This document shows, in pieces, positions 18,446-27,316 of a stretch of 64,000 nucleotides of DNA. Under the pieces are notes generated by a model. That model saw only the letters and a list, made by a program, of their open reading frames with translations, searched no databases and had not been told where the DNA came from. The stretch is from an uncultured Candidatus Poseidoniales archaeon (GTDB taxonomy: Archaea > Thermoplasmatota > Poseidoniia > Poseidoniales > CAYMED01): positions 122,217 through 186,216 of the forward strand of contig CAYMED010000001.1 of assembly GCA_964389655.1 (NCBI GenBank), read 5' to 3'. Positions within the stretch are counted from its first letter, which is position 1; the number at the start of each line of letters is the position of its first letter. The position numbers and the translations under genes were made by a program.

Positions 18446-19178
18446 TGGGTTCGGGAACCAAGCGTCGTGCAATGATTTTTCGGATGATTCTTGCTCCGTC
18501 AGATATAGACCCTAATTTTGCATCTCCAATTCGGCATTTGTAACTGATTGGGATTTCAGAAAATCTGAGATTTGTACGGCAGCATGCAGCATACATTTCA
18601 GCTTCTATTTCAAAATGTATTGAGTTGAGTTTAGGCAGTATTTTTTCGATTGTCCTTCGCTTAAATGCCCAATATCCAGTACATATATCTGAAATATACG
18701 TGCCATGAAGAACAACAGCAGACCAGGTCAAAAGATGATTTCCCACATAATTCAGCCTACTCATCGCTCCTTCCTCGATTGATCCACGGATCCGGCTACC
18801 AATTACTACATCGATATTATCTGTTAATTTGTCCAACAAGCGTGTAATGTCTTTTGGGTCATATGTGCCATCTGCATCAAGCATGATGAGGACATCATCG
18901 CCATTAATGAGGAATTCGGCGAATGCTTCGCGCATAGCAATTCCTTTCCCGCGCGGACCTTTCTGGATAAGCAAGTCACACCCGGCATCGAGAGCAATTT
19001 GCTGTGTTCCATCTGTAGATCGTCCATCTACCACAAGTATCCGCAGGTCATATCCAGCAGCAGAGATTTCATGGTAGGGGATTTGATTTAGAACCTTAGG
19101 CAATGCTCTGGCCTCATCAAGAGTTGGTAGCATCACAGTGAGCCGCTGCATTGGTGGTTCGAAAGAGTCAGAGACCAT
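18417..19178 (-). CDS. GT2 glycosyltransferase, polyprenol-phosphate sugar synthase-like
   Basis: PTLDE, VVDGRSTDGT, GKGIA, LDADGTY, VIGSR, FEIEAEM. Confidence 0.92.
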   Translation of the reverse strand: MVSDSFEPPMQRLTVMLPTLDEARALPKVLNQIPYHEISAAGYDLRILVVDGRSTDGTQQIALDAGCDLLIQKGPRGKGIAMREAFAEFLINGDDVLIMLDADGTYDPKDITRLLDKLTDNIDVVIGSRIRGSIEEGAMSRLNYVGNHLLTWSAVVLHGTYISDICTGYWAFKRRTIEKILPKLNSIHFEIEAEMYAACCRTNLRFSEIPISYKCRIGDAKLGSISDGARIIRKIIARRLVPEPIRPKVGRQK

Positions 19179-19191
19179 AGTAAATCCGCCT

Positions 19192-21612
19192 TTAATTTAG
19201 TGGACGCACTTCGACCCAGTGAATCCATACACCATTATTCGAGAACAATGTGTCTGTCCGCCCAGATATGGCGCGCGGATCAATCCAAGTTCCATCACTT
19301 GACCTGATTTCCACAGTCACCACGTGTGTGCCTGGTTTGAGGGAATCTATAATCCGGGTTGTAGCGTCCCATCCTAATTCAATATCAGTAGTAGCACTAG
19401 TGAGTGTTTCATTTTCTCGATTGATATTCCAATTAATTTTTGAATTCTCAGTTCCAGATGAAACAACAGTTATTGCTGCATCCTTTCCCCTCATATGTTC
19501 TGGAATTTCGAATTCCCAATTGATCTGGCCGTTGGATATCCAAGGGACCATTATATCATCTTGAGAGGCCCTTGGGTCAAATTTTTCATTCCATAGATGC
19601 GTACGCATTTTGCAGTCAACGGAGCAAGCCTCTTCTGATGGCCGAGATATGATACTTCCACTCCCGGGCCGATCAATATCCCGCAATTCCCAAATCCGTG
19701 ATCCATGTGATTCACGAATCACAATCCAGCCATCTGAAGTTGCTAGTTGTTCATGCAACAACCCAGAAGGGCTTGTCAATGCATGGGTAATGCCCAATTC
19801 TCGCATAGCTCGTGTATTGCCCTCTAGTGCCCAATATTTTGCCAGATATGCAGGCTGTTCTTCCACCTCAGTTAGTCCCACTCCATGGTAACTCGTTCGT
19901 GCCATTCTTGAATCTGCAGGAAGGCGTCCCCAAGGCGCTACTTCGCTTAGGAGAATTCCATCAACGTCCATTACAATTTCTTCAACTTCTTGCATCATCG
20001 CCCAATCACTTTCTGAAACAACGTGAATTTCGTTTTGATGGATTGAAATTAGCATCATCGCGCTAATTGCAATAAGAAATTGACCACTTGCAATGCATAG
20101 TACCATTATTCGTGTCCAAGGTGGTAATTGAGCATTTATTTTGATGTTGTCCTTTTCATCTAATTGAGATTCATCATCATCTTCTCGTTTTTCTTGTTCA
20201 TGATTGAAGAATTCCTTTGAAACAAATGGGGTCAAATGAGACTTAGATGAAAGTGCCAAGCCAGAGGCAACAGCAAAAGGTATGTGGAATCCATGGAAGG
20301 CCATGGAATAGAGTGCTTGATCTAGCAATGCGAGAGCACCAAATAATATCCAGCCAGATAATAAATGCACAAATGTCAGGAACCACAGCATACCGATCCA
20401 AATCCCAATTAAGCGCCCTTCAACTGTAAATCGTGTTTTCCAACTTGCTACAAGACTTAGGATAACCAGTATTGGCCCATTAGCAATCAGCAATGGCAAA
20501 CCTCCTTGCCATCCATACTCAGAAAGGATCTTTTCTTGAAATAAACGAGGAGCAAAAACCATCGTGGCAACAATCGTTCCGATAGAAAGAAGAATCGCAC
20601 TTGTTCCAACCAGCCTTGCATGCTTAGATCTCTCGCTGCTCTCTCTGTTGGTGATATTTGTCATGATGTGTGCTAGCATCAATAGTGCGAGATATATGGC
20701 ACCGGTTGGATGTATGACTGCTACGGAAATAACTGCAAAGGCATAAGCAAAATCATGATACTTTCGTCGTTCTTCAGAAGGCCGAACCAACACCACAAGC
20801 CCAATGACGAGACCCAGTTGGGAAGCAATTGTTGGCCATCCGGAGTCAAATGTTTTTGCGAAAATTCCAGCGCCCAGTGCTAGGGATGCAATTGTCATCG
20901 TGCTTGCCCCCCATCGGTCAGCAGCGCCAGCAATACCGAATATCAAGCATATTAGGGAGACATGCCCTAAAGCGGCAGTCGCATCGATTGGTGAAATCCT
21001 CAATGTATTTTCTATTACTGAGGATAGTGCTGGAAATGCTGGGGGATATGTCCATCGACCTACAGTTGGAGGAGGCAGGTTTACTTCACCAGTAGTCGCA
21101 AGAGCGTGACTAAGCGTTGAGAAACCCACCCAATCAATTCCCATTGGAATACGATAGAGAACCAGTGGTAAAAGTGAAACAATGCCTACAAAAACAAGTA
21201 CTAGTGGTAACCACACTGACCGCTGATTTGCCAAATTAGATCGGGTCTCAACTTCCTTTTCTAGGTCATCTTCCAGCCGAATTGTAATGTCACTGATTTC
21301 GATCTCATTGTGCCCTTCCATGGCCATTTCCATTTTTTCCCATGGGGTAAGGTGTCGTACTCGAAGGACATCTCGCTCCCAGAGCAATCCTGAAGCTACT
21401 ATGTTCAACAGCGCAATTTCTAGGATGGCTAAGAAATAGGAATGAAATCCAATTATGATGAGTGACCATCCCACAACTCCATAGATGAGAACAAGACCGA
21501 ATGCAGGAGAAAGTAGCAATATCCGCAATTGATCAGCGCTGGGGTCAAGTATCCTAACAAGTGCTCTTCCTGGAAGGTAAGATATTGCAAAGATGATGGA
21601 CAAAGAGAGCAA
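19192..21612 (-). CDS. Polytopic membrane protein, possibly GT-C-fold glycosyltransferase
   Basis: More than 12 hydrophobic segments; loop motifs GIDW and YPPAF; soluble C-terminal domain; adjacent to GT2. Confidence 0.6.
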   Translation of the reverse strand: MLSLSIIFAISYLPGRALVRILDPSADQLRILLLSPAFGLVLIYGVVGWSLIIIGFHSYFLAILEIALLNIVASGLLWERDVLRVRHLTPWEKMEMAMEGHNEIEISDITIRLEDDLEKEVETRSNLANQRSVWLPLVLVFVGIVSLLPLVLYRIPMGIDWVGFSTLSHALATTGEVNLPPPTVGRWTYPPAFPALSSVIENTLRISPIDATAALGHVSLICLIFGIAGAADRWGASTMTIASLALGAGIFAKTFDSGWPTIASQLGLVIGLVVLVRPSEERRKYHDFAYAFAVISVAVIHPTGAIYLALLMLAHIMTNITNRESSERSKHARLVGTSAILLSIGTIVATMVFAPRLFQEKILSEYGWQGGLPLLIANGPILVILSLVASWKTRFTVEGRLIGIWIGMLWFLTFVHLLSGWILFGALALLDQALYSMAFHGFHIPFAVASGLALSSKSHLTPFVSKEFFNHEQEKREDDDESQLDEKDNIKINAQLPPWTRIMVLCIASGQFLIAISAMMLISIHQNEIHVVSESDWAMMQEVEEIVMDVDGILLSEVAPWGRLPADSRMARTSYHGVGLTEVEEQPAYLAKYWALEGNTRAMRELGITHALTSPSGLLHEQLATSDGWIVIRESHGSRIWELRDIDRPGSGSIISRPSEEACSVDCKMRTHLWNEKFDPRASQDDIMVPWISNGQINWEFEIPEHMRGKDAAITVVSSGTENSKINWNINRENETLTSATTDIELGWDATTRIIDSLKPGTHVVTVEIRSSDGTWIDPRAISGRTDTLFSNNGVWIHWVEVRPLN

Positions 21613-21663
21613 AGAATTCCCTAGGGAAACAAATAGTGTACCTTCGATCTCGATCCCTCCGAC

Positions 21664-22719
21664 TCATGTTGAAAGATATGCCTTGAGTCGAGTTATGGGT
21701 CCAATATCAGTGGGGTCTTTCCCCCGCATCAATGCAACGCCATACGATAACCAATCACTCATTACACAACCATGAAGAAGTTGTGTTAACAGATCATCAC
21801 CCTCACAACGAAGTCGCCAAATGCATGGACTTTGTATGAGTTCATTTATTGTCCAGTCAATTCTACGTAACATTTCTCCTTCAATATCCTCTGTGTCGAT
21901 AACTATTACTGCATGATTCCTAGCGACTTCAAGAGATGATTCCCATGCGACAATTTCGTTGTGATGTGCTTCAGACAAGATTGATTCACGTGCAAAGACT
22001 CCGCCATTTTCATTGAGTTGAGCCCTTAGGCGTCGTGCCATTGGCCCAAGGGAATGAGGTGCCAGTAGGGCTAAAGGTGCTGCAGCAATTGTTTGGACCA
22101 TTTCACTTAATGGAATATTCTCTGATTTGGCAAGGTCATGTGAATCAACTTCTAGTTTCAGCCATTCAACAATTTCTTCAATACGCTCTTTCTTGATTGT
22201 ATGAATTGCACCTATAGCAGAACTAATTGCGATCAAGGCACCAAATAATTCCCCGAATGCAGTACGGGGTGGTCTTTCACCTTCGACTTTGATTGCTATG
22301 GCATTCTTTTCATTGGATGCAAGTTCAAGCAATTCTCCCCCTGAAGCTAAGGCAATTAATGGCCCACCTTTATTCACCACGTCTCGTACTGCTCGCAAGG
22401 TCTCTGAAGTTGATCCGCTATGGCTTGTGGCAATTGTTAGCCACTGAGGTGTCCACCAAGCAGGGATCACATCATGGCGTAAAGCAATGACTGGAATATT
22501 CCCTATCTGCTCTGCGAGGGCTGCAAGATGGTCCCCCCCTGCCCCAGATCCTCCCATGCCGAGACATAACAGTCCAGTTGGCTCTTCACTCCCCCACTCA
22601 TCCATCCGGGCGGATGCAATTGTAAAACCGCGTTTGAGGTCCTCGGGGAAGGTTCGGAGAAAGGTTGCCATCTTTGAGGTATCAAGCTCAGCAGCCATGG
22701 CTGGGAAATCAGGAGTCAT
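21664..22719 (-). CDS. Bifunctional phosphoglucose/phosphomannose isomerase (SIS domain)
   Basis: GMGGSG, SHSGSTSET, ASGGEL, PPRTAF, QLNEN, SEAHHNEI; SD-like GAGGAGTGA before ATG 22719. Confidence 0.9.
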   Translation of the reverse strand: MTPDFPAMAAELDTSKMATFLRTFPEDLKRGFTIASARMDEWGSEEPTGLLCLGMGGSGAGGDHLAALAEQIGNIPVIALRHDVIPAWWTPQWLTIATSHSGSTSETLRAVRDVVNKGGPLIALASGGELLELASNEKNAIAIKVEGERPPRTAFGELFGALIAISSAIGAIHTIKKERIEEIVEWLKLEVDSHDLAKSENIPLSEMVQTIAAAPLALLAPHSLGPMARRLRAQLNENGGVFARESILSEAHHNEIVAWESSLEVARNHAVIVIDTEDIEGEMLRRIDWTINELIQSPCIWRLRCEGDDLLTQLLHGCVMSDWLSYGVALMRGKDPTDIGPITRLKAYLST

Positions 22720-23770
22720 TGAAATCACTCCTCGGAAGGGATACCCATTCATCATCAATACTGGTGACTTGGATTGTAGAACCTCCTTTTTGGTAGTCCC
22801 ACGGCAATGCCACTGACCGTACATTCCAATCGCGTGGGTCAAGAAATTCTCCTACACTTGAATCAGAATGGATAAGTTCTACTGTGTATACGTCTTTTTT
22901 ACGTACTATCACTCGTGCGCGTTCTAGTTCCCTCCATCGTACTCCTTTTCTTTCATATCGGTCGACAGCCAAGAGAAGTAAGCCATCATTCCGACGCTGC
23001 TTCACCCGCCATTTCCTTTGCTCAAAAGTAATGATGTCACCAATTGCAAAGGCAGGAAGTCGATAGAGAAGTGTCATGCGAGTGACGTCTTCTCCTTCTT
23101 TTCTACCAACGATTGTATGGGTTTCATGTGTCTGACCTCCATGCGTGTTAACCATGGCTTGGACCCAAGATCGAGCAAGGCCTTTAGAACCTAGTTTTAC
23201 ATCATGTCCTCCTCGAACATCACCCTCTTCTGTCACAAACCAAGTGGCTTCAGCATTAGGATCATCTAGAAGTGTGCTAAGCATTGATCGTAGATCTTTA
23301 ATTTCATTGCGCTCGATTTCCCTACCTTGTGCACGCAGTTGTACCGTGGCTTCAACATAGAATCCGGCACGTTTTGAGCATGTCTGACAAACTGCATTTG
23401 AGGCGCTAGCAATTGTTTCGACTTTAGTGGTGATTTCAAACGGCTCTATTGATGCGGAGACGCTAACGTAAAGGCGCGTTGATCGCTCATCAAGTATTTC
23501 AGCATCCCACGAGATTGTAGGCTCCCCAAGTCGCTCATCTATCATCAAAGCATGCTTCAAGCATCGCTGCCAGATTTCCTTGTCGCAGTCGTCTGACCAC
23601 GCTTCCTTCCCAACCCGCTTATTCCCGCACCGCGGACACCGCTCGAACCGTATGCTATTGGGCACCCTTGCCACTTCTATCCGTTCAATTGTGCATATTT
23701 CACAGGTCGACATTGAGCATAATGGCGGTGGGGCGCCACATGCAACACAAAATCTTGCTCCATGGCTCAT
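22709..23770 (-). CDS. nmd3: NMD3-family ribosome biogenesis protein
   Basis: Four CxxC pairs (CVAC, CEIC, CPRC, CQTC), YVEATVQLR, GGHDVKLGS; start 23770 or 23785. Confidence 0.88.
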   Translation of the reverse strand: MSHGARFCVACGAPPPLCSMSTCEICTIERIEVARVPNSIRFERCPRCGNKRVGKEAWSDDCDKEIWQRCLKHALMIDERLGEPTISWDAEILDERSTRLYVSVSASIEPFEITTKVETIASASNAVCQTCSKRAGFYVEATVQLRAQGREIERNEIKDLRSMLSTLLDDPNAEATWFVTEEGDVRGGHDVKLGSKGLARSWVQAMVNTHGGQTHETHTIVGRKEGEDVTRMTLLYRLPAFAIGDIITFEQRKWRVKQRRNDGLLLLAVDRYERKGVRWRELERARVIVRKKDVYTVELIHSDSSVGEFLDPRDWNVRSVALPWDYQKGGSTIQVTSIDDEWVSLPRSDFNDS

Positions 23771-23843
23771 CACCTCACCCCCCATGCCAGCGGGTTGACA
23801 TGTTCCCTTGACAAAGCCACCGCATCTAGTTGGTCAGACATTC

Positions 23844-24080
23844 TTATTCTTCTTCATGGATCAACTTGTTGATTGCACCAAGTCTTAATTCAATTTCATT
23901 TAAGCGCCGGGCTTGTGCATAAGTATACCACAGCATACATCCAACAAATGCAATAATCGCAATTGCTAATCCAAGCAGCCCCGTAGTTGAATTTCCGGCA
24001 CTTGCAGAATCAGCCAATGCAAGTTTAGTTACTATTAATGTCGCAAAAATACCATAAATTAGAAAAGAGAATATTCTCAC
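23844..24080 (-). CDS. Small membrane protein, CcmD-like
   Basis: GTG overlaps the ccmC stop; TM helix ending LWYTYAQARRLNEIELRL (hydrophobic then charged tail). Confidence 0.55.
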   Translation of the reverse strand: MRIFSFLIYGIFATLIVTKLALADSASAGNSTTGLLGLAIAIIAFVGCMLWYTYAQARRLNEIELRLGAINKLIHEEE

Positions 24081-24766
24081 ATTACCCCCCCCTTTTGATC
24101 TAGTGCGCACTGCATGTTTCCAATCGTCTCTTCTACTTGTTCAATGCGCATGGAAGTCGATATTTGTCCCACAAGAAGGATTGTCATTGAAGCAAACCCG
24201 AGCATCCATATGAGAATCATTTCTTTTGGGAGCCCAGAATCTGCAGAATTTGTTAAAATAACAGGTCCTGGGTGTTGCACTTGCCACAAACGAGTTGCAA
24301 TATAGGTAAGGGGAACTAACATAAAACCGAATAGTCCAATGGACGCAAGGACATCTCTCGTACTCTCATCATCTGGCTGGCTAGCATGGCCTGAAACAAG
24401 AAAGAATGCGAGTCCTGTTAGAGCTGCAAATGTGTTCAATCTAACATCTCCCCAATCCCATGGTTTTCCCCATTCTACAGTTCCCCAAATCATTCCTGAA
24501 CTGAGTGCGATTGCCCCATAAAGTGCGGTAAGTCGTGCGCTTGTCCGGTGCAATTGCCACCCTTTTTGACTACGTGAAAGGTACCATTTAGCGCTCCCAA
24601 ATAAAAGGACTGCTGATGCAATCATTGTGGCCCAAGCAGCAGGGACATGAAGGTATATTATGCGTTGAGCAAGGGGGGCGTTCATTGAATCACTGCGTAC
24701 ACTAGGCGCCCAAAGGAGCCCCAATATCAAACTGATTAATAAGAGCAGCAATCCGATTACCTGCAT
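24077..24766 (-). CDS. ccmC: Heme exporter / cytochrome c biogenesis protein CcmC
   Basis: QRIIYLHVPAAW, WWD domain WGTVEWGKPWDWGDVRL, second His in QHPGP; SD-like GAGGAG before ATG 24766. Confidence 0.9.
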   Translation of the reverse strand: MQVIGLLLLLISLILGLLWAPSVRSDSMNAPLAQRIIYLHVPAAWATMIASAVLLFGSAKWYLSRSQKGWQLHRTSARLTALYGAIALSSGMIWGTVEWGKPWDWGDVRLNTFAALTGLAFFLVSGHASQPDDESTRDVLASIGLFGFMLVPLTYIATRLWQVQHPGPVILTNSADSGLPKEMILIWMLGFASMTILLVGQISTSMRIEQVEETIGNMQCALDQKGGVM

Positions 24767-24833
24767 CTTTGCTCCTCTAGCCAAATGCAAAGCACCCACA
24801 TGCGTCGCAGTAGATGATGGTTCAAATATCCTA

Positions 24834-26150
24834 TCAGGTGGTGGATGATAGAGGGTCCAAAAGGCGTGCAGCAAGTGCTGCAGCAAATGCCATCAATCCA
24901 GCGACCCCAAGGAGAACCACTGCTTCACTAGATATTATTCCTGCAATTTCATCAATCATCAATAGTACAGGTAAAGCGATAACAATTGCTAGAAGCATCG
25001 AAGCAGCAGCAATACTCCGTGATAGTTGGTTTAGCAATAATCCAAGAGATGCACTGAAGAAAGAGAGACAAATAACATTCCACAAGACGGTTATCAAGAT
25101 TAGGGGGGTGCTGGGGACATTGGCAATAGTGACACAAGCAATAAGTGCGACAGGAATGGTCCAAAATATCGCTTCGGCTACTGAGAGTAAACAAACGCGA
25201 TGAGCAATGAATGAGGTACTAGTCAGTGCTCTCCACCAATCCCCTGCTCTATCTTCTGAAAGCCAACCAAGTGCGGAGGTGCGGGAAAGAGCGATCAATA
25301 CGCATGGAAGCATAATTGCAGCAGCTCTGATTCTTTCATCATTTTGCATATCGACTAGTCCACTAGCCAGTGCCAATGCCAGTAATCCTAGAATGCCTCT
25401 ATTCATTGTAGATCTACCTGTGCGACCTTCCAGCCGTAACATCCAACTAAGTCGTGGCCCAGTCCTGAATTTTGGCCGACTGAATTTCACCACTTCAATA
25501 CCGTCGTCGGATTTGCAATTTATGTTAGGAGTATCATCTAGATTCAAGACCTGATCGGCAAGATGAGTGAGTGATTTCTCGTGGGTGGCTAGCAAAATTG
25601 CATGTCCCATCTTTTTTGCCTCACCTAGAGTCTCCTCTAATATGACGATTCCTTTTGCATCAAGGCCCCTTTCAGGCTCATCAAGAAGAATAATGGATGG
25701 TGAATTCGTTTCAATTATCAGTAATGAGACTGCTACAGCAAGCCGCCGTTTTAGTCCCCCTGATAGTTTTCCGATCCGGTCATGTTGCCGGTGTGCAAGT
25801 CCCCAGCGCTGCAATATTTTCTCTCTTTTTGATGAATCAAGTGTATATTCAAGCAATGATGCTGCTTCATCAATTCTTTCACCAACTGTTAGATCTCCAA
25901 CATGCCCGTCTGCCTGTAGGCACAATCCAATTCTATGCCGTTTTACTGCAAAATTGCAAGTTGCTTCGGAATTGAATCCTATGAGCCCAACAATTGCTTC
26001 AATGATACTGCTTTTCCCTGATCCATTCCCACCAAGAAGGACTATGCATTCACCTTGAACAAGGTCTAAATTCATCTTTTCAATAATCGTCTGACCATTG
26101 CGAGAGATGGAGGCTCCACGCAGACGCATCTGCACGATTCCGCTTTCCAT
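24834..26150 (-). CDS. ABC ATPase fused to a C-terminal membrane domain (CcmA-CcmB-like fusion)
   Basis: Walker A GGNGSGKS, LSGGL, LLDEP, ATHE; about 6 C-terminal TM segments; directly upstream of ccmC. Confidence 0.75.
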   Translation of the reverse strand: MESGIVQMRLRGASISRNGQTIIEKMNLDLVQGECIVLLGGNGSGKSSIIEAIVGLIGFNSEATCNFAVKRHRIGLCLQADGHVGDLTVGERIDEAASLLEYTLDSSKREKILQRWGLAHRQHDRIGKLSGGLKRRLAVAVSLLIIETNSPSIILLDEPERGLDAKGIVILEETLGEAKKMGHAILLATHEKSLTHLADQVLNLDDTPNINCKSDDGIEVVKFSRPKFRTGPRLSWMLRLEGRTGRSTMNRGILGLLALALASGLVDMQNDERIRAAAIMLPCVLIALSRTSALGWLSEDRAGDWWRALTSTSFIAHRVCLLSVAEAIFWTIPVALIACVTIANVPSTPLILITVLWNVICLSFFSASLGLLLNQLSRSIAAASMLLAIVIALPVLLMIDEIAGIISSEAVVLLGVAGLMAFAAALAARLLDPLSSTT

Positions 26151-26235
26151 GCCCTGACCTTTGGGCAGCATACAAGGAACCTTGCCTCGCAATTGTATAG
26201 AGAAACCGATAAGTCACCTCAAATTGGGCCACACC

Positions 26236-27270
26236 ATGGGCCCAACACTGTGGCGCGACATCGGCCTAGCAGACAGTGTATTGCTGCTACTGTTTGCAAC
26301 AGCTATCATTGGGCCTTATGCATACGCCCTCAAGCGTGATGTAAGTCTAGCTCTAGCAACCGTTCTTTCCATTGTACTCACTTATTTTGTCCAATGGATT
26401 GGAATTGTCCTTTGGCTTACAACAGGATGGGTGGAACCAATTGAGGGCTTATTGATGGCAGAACCCTTGATACAGGCATCTCCTGCACATTGGCATCGCT
26501 TCTTGACCTCAGCGTGGCTACATGCTCCTTCAGATCCATCGCACCTTTTGGGGAATGCAGTGATTATAGGGCTTGCAGGCATCCCTCTTGAGCAACGATT
26601 GGGAAAAGGTCGCTGGACTGTAGTTTACCTCTTGGGTGCCTTGGGGGGAAGTGCATTTTGGATGGTTGCGCATTTGGGTCAAAGTGCTCCCGCACTTGGC
26701 GCAAGTGGTGCTGTTTTTGGCATTCTTGGCGCTTATTTGGCTGCTTGGCCAAATGACGAAATTGAAATGCCCCTAATTCTTATCCGCCGCTGGCCAGTCT
26801 GGCTCATTGCATTACTCCGTTTTGGGTGGGAAATTGTTCAAGTGGGTATGATTCAGGGTGGATTGGCGAATCCCAGTGGGATCGCAAACTTGGCGCATAT
26901 AGGTGGCTTTCTACTTGCTTATGCGATTGGCCGACCTCTTGCACGTGGCGGCCCAGTTCCCCCAGGAACTAGGGATTCTGGACCGAGTGCTGCTTCTGCT
27001 GAAGAAGCAAAACGAAAAGCCATCAAAGACCGAATGGGGTCTCTTCAAGAGGATCCTTGGTCTAATGTTGAGATACCAAAAGAGGTCCAGCGCACTCTTA
27101 CCCGATTGCGTGAAGAAGGTGATGAACCCGAAACAAGGGAAGCATGGCTTGACCGCCTATCCCAGCAAGCAACATGCCCTTCATGCGATTCTAAGATTGA
27201 ATTAGAGATTGAACGAGGGGCCCCACGTCTTGTCTGTTCAAACGAGCGCTCTCACCTTTGTTGGCCTTAA
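26236..27270 (+). CDS. Rhomboid intramembrane serine protease with C-terminal Cys/His-rich domain
   Basis: TSAWLHA..HLLGN, GASGA (Ser), AHIGG (His); CPSC..CSNERSHLC tail. Confidence 0.92.
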   Translation: MGPTLWRDIGLADSVLLLLFATAIIGPYAYALKRDVSLALATVLSIVLTYFVQWIGIVLWLTTGWVEPIEGLLMAEPLIQASPAHWHRFLTSAWLHAPSDPSHLLGNAVIIGLAGIPLEQRLGKGRWTVVYLLGALGGSAFWMVAHLGQSAPALGASGAVFGILGAYLAAWPNDEIEMPLILIRRWPVWLIALLRFGWEIVQVGMIQGGLANPSGIANLAHIGGFLLAYAIGRPLARGGPVPPGTRDSGPSAASAEEAKRKAIKDRMGSLQEDPWSNVEIPKEVQRTLTRLREEGDEPETREAWLDRLSQQATCPSCDSKIELEIERGAPRLVCSNERSHLCWP

Positions 27271-27316
27271 ACGCTTGATGGCGGCATTTATCGTCAGTGG
27301 TTAGTTCGAATGGTTA

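Noticed and set aside
21613-21666. PGI/PMI stop TGA is in frame with the downstream membrane ORF, suggesting readthrough or selenocysteine
   Set aside because: A one-in-three chance event with no SECIS-like structure or catalytic rationale. A separate start after GGAGG is simpler.
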